Shown: positions 58,811 to 64,000 of the stretch, piece after piece
Layout of the letters: each line of letters begins with the position of its first letter
Position numbering within the stretch: position 1 is the first letter of the stretch
Assembly: GCA_963750165.1 (NCBI GenBank)
Contig: CAVVPN010000011.1
Coordinates: 1,952,001-2,016,000, forward strand
Direction of reading: 5' to 3'
From: an uncultured Gemmataceae bacterium
GTDB taxonomy: Bacteria; Planctomycetota; Planctomycetia; Gemmatales; Gemmataceae
Length of the DNA: 64,000 bases
The notes under the pieces: model-generated
Told to the model about the DNA's origin: nothing
Database searches by the model: none
What the model saw: only the letters and a program-made list of their open reading frames with translations
Made by a program: the position numbers and the translations under genes

Positions 58811-60043
58811 TTACTTCGCCGCGATGTCCAGGCAGTAGATGCGCTCCAGGTTGCGCAGGTACAGCCGGCGGTTCGAGAGCGTCGGCACCGTGCGGTTCTC
58901 ACCAAGCAGCTTGAACCGCCCCTTTTCCTGGTAGCCCTTGGGGCTGGCGGCGACGAGCACCACGTCGCCGGTCTTGGTGGTCATGAACAGGTGGCCCTGC
59001 GCCAGCGTCAGTGTCCCCAGGCCGAAATTCTCCTTCTTCCACACCAGCTTGCCGTCCTTGAAGTTCACGCAGTTCAAGCTGATGCGCGCGTTGTACTCGC
59101 CCGACAGCCCATACAGGTAGCCGTCGTGGTAGACCGCGTTCGCCCAGTACGTCATCAGCACGCTTTTGGTGCCCTTGCTCTCCCACACCAGCTTCGGCGG
59201 CCCCGCGGTCAGTTCGTACACCGCACAGCCGGCCTCCTCACCGGTGCCCACGAACATCTTGTTGCCGACGATCAGCGGCGTGCAGATGTTGACCTCGTAC
59301 TCGATCTTCCACGGGATGCGCCACAGTTCCTTACCGTCCTTCGCCGTGACGCCCAGCAGCCCCTCCGCCGTGAAGAAGATCACCTGCCGCTGGCCGTCCA
59401 CTGTCACCGCCACCGGCGACGCATAGGACCCATTATCCTTCGCGGTGTGCCAGGCGACCGTGCCGTCCTTCTTGTTCAGCGCCGCCACGCCGCCTGCCTG
59501 GCCGGGCAGCACAAAGACCAGATCGCCATCGACCAGCGGCGACGCGCACAGGCCCCATTCGAGGTTCTTCGTCTTGAACTCCTTGAGGATGTCCCGACTC
59601 CAGACGACCGTGCCCTTCTCGGCATCGAGGCACACAACCGGGCCGTTGACGGACTGCGCGTAAACGAACTTGCCCTCGATGGTCGGCGTGCTGCGCGGGC
59701 CGTTGCCGAACTTGTTCTTGTAGTCGGCGGAGATGGGCGTTTTCCACAGTTGCTTGCCGCTGGTGGCGTCCAGGGCGAGCACCCATTCCTTCTTGTCGGC
59801 CTGCACCAGCGTGATGGCACGCTTGCCGGCGACCGCGATGGAGGAGTAGCCGTCGCCGCCGGGCACCTTCCAGAGAACTTTCGGGCCTTCGGTCGGCCAA
59901 TCGACCAGCAGGCCGGTCTCGGGCGACGAACCGTTGAAGTTGGGGCCGAGCCAGTGCGGCCAGTCGGCGGCCGGTGCGGGCGGGGCCGTCAAGCAGGCCG
60001 CCAGCAGCAGCAGGGCCAGGGAGCGTCGTGCGCGCGGGGTCAT
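58811..60043 (-). CDS. Secreted PQQ-binding-like beta-propeller protein
   Basis: DWPHWLGP, GYSS, GPRSTPT, ASPLV, SYASP, LYLRN. Confidence 0.9.
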   Translation of the reverse strand: MTPRARRSLALLLLAACLTAPPAPAADWPHWLGPNFNGSSPETGLLVDWPTEGPKVLWKVPGGDGYSSIAVAGKRAITLVQADKKEWVLALDATSGKQLWKTPISADYKNKFGNGPRSTPTIEGKFVYAQSVNGPVVCLDAEKGTVVWSRDILKEFKTKNLEWGLCASPLVDGDLVFVLPGQAGGVAALNKKDGTVAWHTAKDNGSYASPVAVTVDGQRQVIFFTAEGLLGVTAKDGKELWRIPWKIEYEVNICTPLIVGNKMFVGTGEEAGCAVYELTAGPPKLVWESKGTKSVLMTYWANAVYHDGYLYGLSGEYNARISLNCVNFKDGKLVWKKENFGLGTLTLAQGHLFMTTKTGDVVLVAASPKGYQEKGRFKLLGENRTVPTLSNRRLYLRNLERIYCLDIAAK

Positions 60044-60061
60044 CGTCGGTTCTCCTTGCTT

Positions 60062-60122
60062 CCGTGGTGCAGGCGGCCCGCCTGCACAAGAAGGTGGCGC
60101 AGGTGGGCCGCCTGCACCGCGG
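60062..60122. repeat. REP doublet family A
   Basis: ccgtggtgcaggcggcccgcctgcac ... gcgcaggtgggccgcctgcaccgcgg. Confidence 0.85.
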
Positions 60123-60215
60123 GGGTCGTCCGACCGGATTGTAGTCGGCGGCCGTGGGGTTCGTATACCAAAAACCGGGACGATTTCGCCGCCGCATTCC
60201 AACCCCCGGGCCACC

Positions 60216-61310
60216 ATGACGACGAAAACCACCTTTGACATTGCCGTACTGCCCGGCGACGGTATCGGCGTCGATGTCACCGCCGAGGCGGTGCGCGTGC
60301 TGCAGGCGCTGCAGCGCGATGCCGGCTTCCGGCTACAGCTGACGCCGCACGAGTGCGGCGCCGACTGCTACCAGCGCACCGGCGAAGACCTGCCAGCCAC
60401 GACGCTGGCCGCCGCCCGCGCCGCGGACGCCGTGCTGCTCGGGGCGATGGGCCACCCCGACATCCGCAAACCCGACGGCACCGAACTGGTGCCGCAGGTG
60501 ACGCTGCGCGTGCTGCTCGACCTGTATGCGGGGGTACGGCCCTGCCGGTTCTACCCGGGGGCGCGAACGCCGCTGAAAAACGTCGGCCCCGGCGGCATCG
60601 ACTTCGTGATCGTCCGCGAGCAGACCGAGGGGCTGTTCGCCTCCCAGAACGCGGGCATTGTACTGCACGATGAGGTGGCGACCGACACACTGGTGATGAC
60701 GCGGCGCGGCGTGCGGCGGGTGTGTGACTTCGCGTTCCGCCTGGCCCGACAGCGGCAGCGCCCCGAGCCGAAGGTGACCTGCGTGGACAAGGCGAACATC
60801 TTCCGCAGCTTCGCGTTCTTCCGCAAGGTCTTCGACGAGGTGGGCGCGAACTACCCGGACGTGCGCCGCGAGCACACCTACATCGACGCGCAGGCGCTGT
60901 TCCTGGTGCAGCGGCCGGAGCGCTGCGATGTGCTCGTCAGCGAAAATATGTTCGGCGACATCCTCTCGGACCTGGGCGCCGGGCTGGTCGGCGGCATGGG
61001 CATGGCACCGTCGGCGGACATTGGCGATCGACACGCCGTCTTTCAGCCGGCGCACGGCACGGCGCCGGACATCGCGGGCAAGGGCATCGCCAACCCAATC
61101 GCTGCAATCCTGTCGATGGCGCTGCTGCTGGACTGGCTGGGGCAGCGGCACGGCAACGCGGAGTTGACGGCGGCAGCGCGGCGCGTGGAGGCGGCGGTCG
61201 GCCGCGTGCTGGGCGAGGGCAAGCTGCTGCCAGTGGACCAGGGCGGCTCGGCGACGACGGCGGAGGTCGGCACCGCGGTGGCGCTGGCCTGCGCCACGGC
61301 CTCCGCTTAG
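60216..61310 (+). CDS. Isocitrate/isopropylmalate/tartrate dehydrogenase family protein
   Basis: LPGDGIG, DLYAGVRP, VDKAN, NMFGDILSDL, HGTAPDIAGKGIANP. Confidence 0.92.
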   Translation: MTTKTTFDIAVLPGDGIGVDVTAEAVRVLQALQRDAGFRLQLTPHECGADCYQRTGEDLPATTLAAARAADAVLLGAMGHPDIRKPDGTELVPQVTLRVLLDLYAGVRPCRFYPGARTPLKNVGPGGIDFVIVREQTEGLFASQNAGIVLHDEVATDTLVMTRRGVRRVCDFAFRLARQRQRPEPKVTCVDKANIFRSFAFFRKVFDEVGANYPDVRREHTYIDAQALFLVQRPERCDVLVSENMFGDILSDLGAGLVGGMGMAPSADIGDRHAVFQPAHGTAPDIAGKGIANPIAAILSMALLLDWLGQRHGNAELTAAARRVEAAVGRVLGEGKLLPVDQGGSATTAEVGTAVALACATASA

Positions 61311-61397
61311 GTTTTCCGCCAAACTGGCCTTTTCGCAAATCGGTCCAGGGATTATGAGGGGCGCCGGATCTCGCCCGGCTCAGCGCAAGGAAGCGTC

Positions 61398-62171
61398 ATG
61401 GCGGAGCAGGAGCGGCCGCAGCGCCTGCGGTTTTCCCATCATCGGCGGACCATTCTCGACCTGTTGCACTTCAGCCGTCAAGTGCCCCTGCAACCGCTGA
61501 CCCGCGTGTGTCAGCTCGGGGCCGTGGCGGCGCTGCGGGCGCGCACCTCGCCGCGGATTTCCTGGACTGCCCTGCTCATGAAGGCCCACGGCCTGGTGGC
61601 GCGGCAGGTGCCGCAATTGCGGCAAGCCTTCCTCCACTGGCCCTGGCCCACGCTGTACCAGCACCCCGTCAGCGTCTGCACACTGACCGTCAACCGGGAA
61701 GTGGACGGCGTGGCCTGCCTGTTCTTTCCGCAGTTCTTCGCGCCGGAGACGATGCCCCTGGAACGGTTGCAGCGGCACATTGACGAGTTCGCCAACCTGC
61801 CGCTACGTGAGGTGGGTTACTACCGCCGTCAGCTGCGCTTCAGCCGGCTGCCGACGCCGCTGCGCCGTCTGGCCTGGTGGCTGACGTTGAACCTGTCCGG
61901 GTACAAGCGTGCCAAGCGTTTCGGCACCTTCGGCCTGACCTCGATAGCGGGGCAGGGCGCGATCACTCCAACCGCCTATTCCCCGCTGACCACCACGCTG
62001 ACCAACGGACCACTGGACGAGGCCGGTCGCTGTCCCCTCACGCTGGTGTATGACCACCGCGTCCTGGACGGGCTGCTGGTCAGCCGCTGCCTGGCCGGCA
62101 TTGAGGACGCCCTGCGCGGTGTCCTGGCCGAGGAGCTGACGGCGCTGGCCGACCGGAGCGCAGCCGCATAA
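61398..62171 (+). CDS. Stand-alone 2-oxoacid dehydrogenase E2/CAT-like acyltransferase domain
   Basis: GTFGLTS, LVYDHRVLDG catalytic motif; no lipoyl domain. Confidence 0.8.
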   Translation: MAEQERPQRLRFSHHRRTILDLLHFSRQVPLQPLTRVCQLGAVAALRARTSPRISWTALLMKAHGLVARQVPQLRQAFLHWPWPTLYQHPVSVCTLTVNREVDGVACLFFPQFFAPETMPLERLQRHIDEFANLPLREVGYYRRQLRFSRLPTPLRRLAWWLTLNLSGYKRAKRFGTFGLTSIAGQGAITPTAYSPLTTTLTNGPLDEAGRCPLTLVYDHRVLDGLLVSRCLAGIEDALRGVLAEELTALADRSAAA

Positions 62172-62173
62172 CC

Positions 62174-63793
62174 TCACGCCGCCTCCCGCGCCGTGAAGCC
62201 GGGCGCCGCCCCCAGCAACTGGCGCGTCAGCCGTTCCGCGTAGGTCTGCTGGCGAAGGCGGGCGGCCATGTCGGGGCCGACTGGCGGCAGTCCCAGCGCT
62301 CTGCCGATCAGCCCGGGCAGGCCCATTCCCTGCGCGTAATATTCCTTGCGCCGCCACACAACCTCCGGTGGCAGCAGCGGGCCGCCGCCCACGCCTCGCA
62401 GTTGCTCGACCGCCCGGCGCAGGACGAATTTCTGCACGTCGGGCCGACCATCGGCCGGTGTTGGGTTGCCCATCTTCAGGACCGGGTCGATGCCAATGGC
62501 GTAGTCCACCAGCGGGGCGTACTGGAACGGCACCCGCGCCTCGACGCCGTGGGCCATGCAGCTCTTGTCCAGCCGGGCGTTGTTGTAGCGGTGCAGGCTG
62601 TCCAGCTGTTCGGCCTGCGCCTCCGCCAGCCGGCCCTCGCGCTGCTTGCGCTGGAAGTAGGAGTGGTAGCCCAGAAACAGTTCGTCGGCCCCCTCACCGC
62701 ACAGCAGCACCCGGTAGCCATCGCGCGCCACCGCCTGCGCCAGCAGGTACGTCACTACGGCCATGTCCGCCTGGATGGGATAGGACGACTCCAGGTGCCA
62801 CAGCGCCGCGTCCAGATGACGCCGGATCGCCGCCTCGTCCACATGCACCTCGCGGAAGCCGACGATGCGGTGCCCCTGGCGATGCAGATACTCGGCGACC
62901 GCACGGGCGTTCTGCGTCTCGGTCACGTCGGCGGCGCCGATCGAGTAGCACATCAGATCGACGTGCCGCGAGGCCAGCGCGGCGATGACGGATGAATCGA
63001 CGCCCCCCGACAGCGCCACAGCCACCGGCCGCTCGGAAACGATCTGGCGGGCAACGGCCTCCTCCAGCAGTGCGCCGACGCGCACCGTCGCGGCTTCCAG
63101 GCCGTCGCCGTGCGGGCGGGAATCCCGGTTGTGGAAGCGCTGATGCCGGGCCGTGGCCGAGCCGCTGGTCCAGGTGACTTCGATGAACTCGCCCGGCAGC
63201 ACGGCACTGACGCCCTCGACTTCCGTGCGGGCGGGGTCGTCGTACAGCGCCGCCGGGGTGTCCAGGTCCACGGGCCGGTGCCGGTCGCGGCCGTCGGGGC
63301 AGACGATCAGCAGGGCCTTGATCTCGGACGAGGCGGCGAACCACGACCCCGCGGCCGTGTAGTAGAGCGGCTTGATGCCCAGGTGGTCCCGGGCGATGAC
63401 GGCACGCTGGCGCGGGCGATCCACGATGGCCAGGCCGAAGTCGGCGTGCAGCCGGGCGAACAGACCGGTGCCCCATTCCTTGTAGCCGTGCAGGATGACT
63501 TCGGTGTCGCAGTCCGTGGCGAAGCGGTGGCCGCGCGCCTCCAGGGCAGCCCGGAGTTCACGGTCGTTCCACACCTCGCCGTTAAAGGAGATAGCCACGC
63601 CTGCGGCGGCATCGAGCATCGGTTGATGGCCGTGGTTCACGTCGCGGATGGCGAGCCGGACGTGGCCCAACCCAAAGGCGTCGGCGGTGAATGCGCCGCA
63701 GCCATCCGGGCCGCGGTGGCCGAGGATGGCGTTCATTTGATGGAGGAGGTCCGGGCGGCCGCGGCCGGACATGAGCAGATTGATCCCGCACAT
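62174..63793 (-). CDS. asnB: Asparagine synthetase B family (glutamine-hydrolysing) amidotransferase
   Basis: MCGI N-terminus, HRGPD, FNGE, DTEV, RDHLGIKPLY, LSGGVDSS, GEGADELFLGY, EARVPF. Confidence 0.9.
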   Translation of the reverse strand: MCGINLLMSGRGRPDLLHQMNAILGHRGPDGCGAFTADAFGLGHVRLAIRDVNHGHQPMLDAAAGVAISFNGEVWNDRELRAALEARGHRFATDCDTEVILHGYKEWGTGLFARLHADFGLAIVDRPRQRAVIARDHLGIKPLYYTAAGSWFAASSEIKALLIVCPDGRDRHRPVDLDTPAALYDDPARTEVEGVSAVLPGEFIEVTWTSGSATARHQRFHNRDSRPHGDGLEAATVRVGALLEEAVARQIVSERPVAVALSGGVDSSVIAALASRHVDLMCYSIGAADVTETQNARAVAEYLHRQGHRIVGFREVHVDEAAIRRHLDAALWHLESSYPIQADMAVVTYLLAQAVARDGYRVLLCGEGADELFLGYHSYFQRKQREGRLAEAQAEQLDSLHRYNNARLDKSCMAHGVEARVPFQYAPLVDYAIGIDPVLKMGNPTPADGRPDVQKFVLRRAVEQLRGVGGGPLLPPEVVWRRKEYYAQGMGLPGLIGRALGLPPVGPDMAARLRQQTYAERLTRQLLGAAPGFTAREAA

Positions 63794-64000
63794 GAAGCAA
63801 CCTCGGGCTATTCGCTACGCGGTGAGGACAAAGCCGTGTGCCGGCCCTCTTCAATTCATGAGGGCTACCCTGAATAGATACACAAACTTGATCGGCAAAG
63901 GAAACCCGAGAATTGACGAAAAGCTTCAAACTGGCGCATGAAGAAAAGCAAGGAGAGTGTGGGTGGCGACGGTGAATTCGAGAATTCCGCTGCCCACTGC

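Noticed and set aside
60216..61310. Gene symbol leuB
   Set aside because: Lacks the IPMDH-type GGPKW...PE.GLL.LRK segment and the catalytic Tyr; no leu context
63938..64000. Possible ORF start MKKSKESVGG at the right edge
   Set aside because: Only 21 codons visible, with no clear RBS or recognisable motif

Overview
GC-rich 64-kb bacterial window. It is almost certainly Planctomycetota and probably Gemmataceae-like, an inference from the DUF1549/DUF1553-DUF1501 genes, PPC-domain and PQQ-propeller proteins, DUF4214 and an ECF sigma/Ser-Thr kinase pair. It holds about 45 genes, mostly core or typical planctomycete genes: fahA, tilS, trpC, scpA, uvrA, an S1-domain protein, asnB, an ABC transporter, Lhr helicase plus metallophosphoesterase, Mn catalase, and an NHL-thioredoxin plus DsbD. 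I found no rRNA, tRNA, CRISPR array or intact transposase. At least eight 1-2 nt indels split seven otherwise intact genes, most likely long-read errors. The best leads are: (1) a 25-codon IS110 transposase relic fused to a REP doublet at the left edge of an ECF sigma-kinase-orphan cassette; (2) a HEPN gene coupled to a partner that is not a canonical nucleotidyltransferase; (3) an exported NHLRC2/SOQ1-like thioredoxin next to DsbD; (4) an uncharacterised enzyme upstream of fahA that could supply the missing isomerase step; (5) a UvrA lacking its insertion domain; (6) a pseudophosphatase lipoprotein; (7) a decarboxylating dehydrogenase with Phe in place of the catalytic Tyr; and (8) at least four unrelated families of intergenic palindromic repeats. 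All assignments come from motif recognition by eye; no database search was run.
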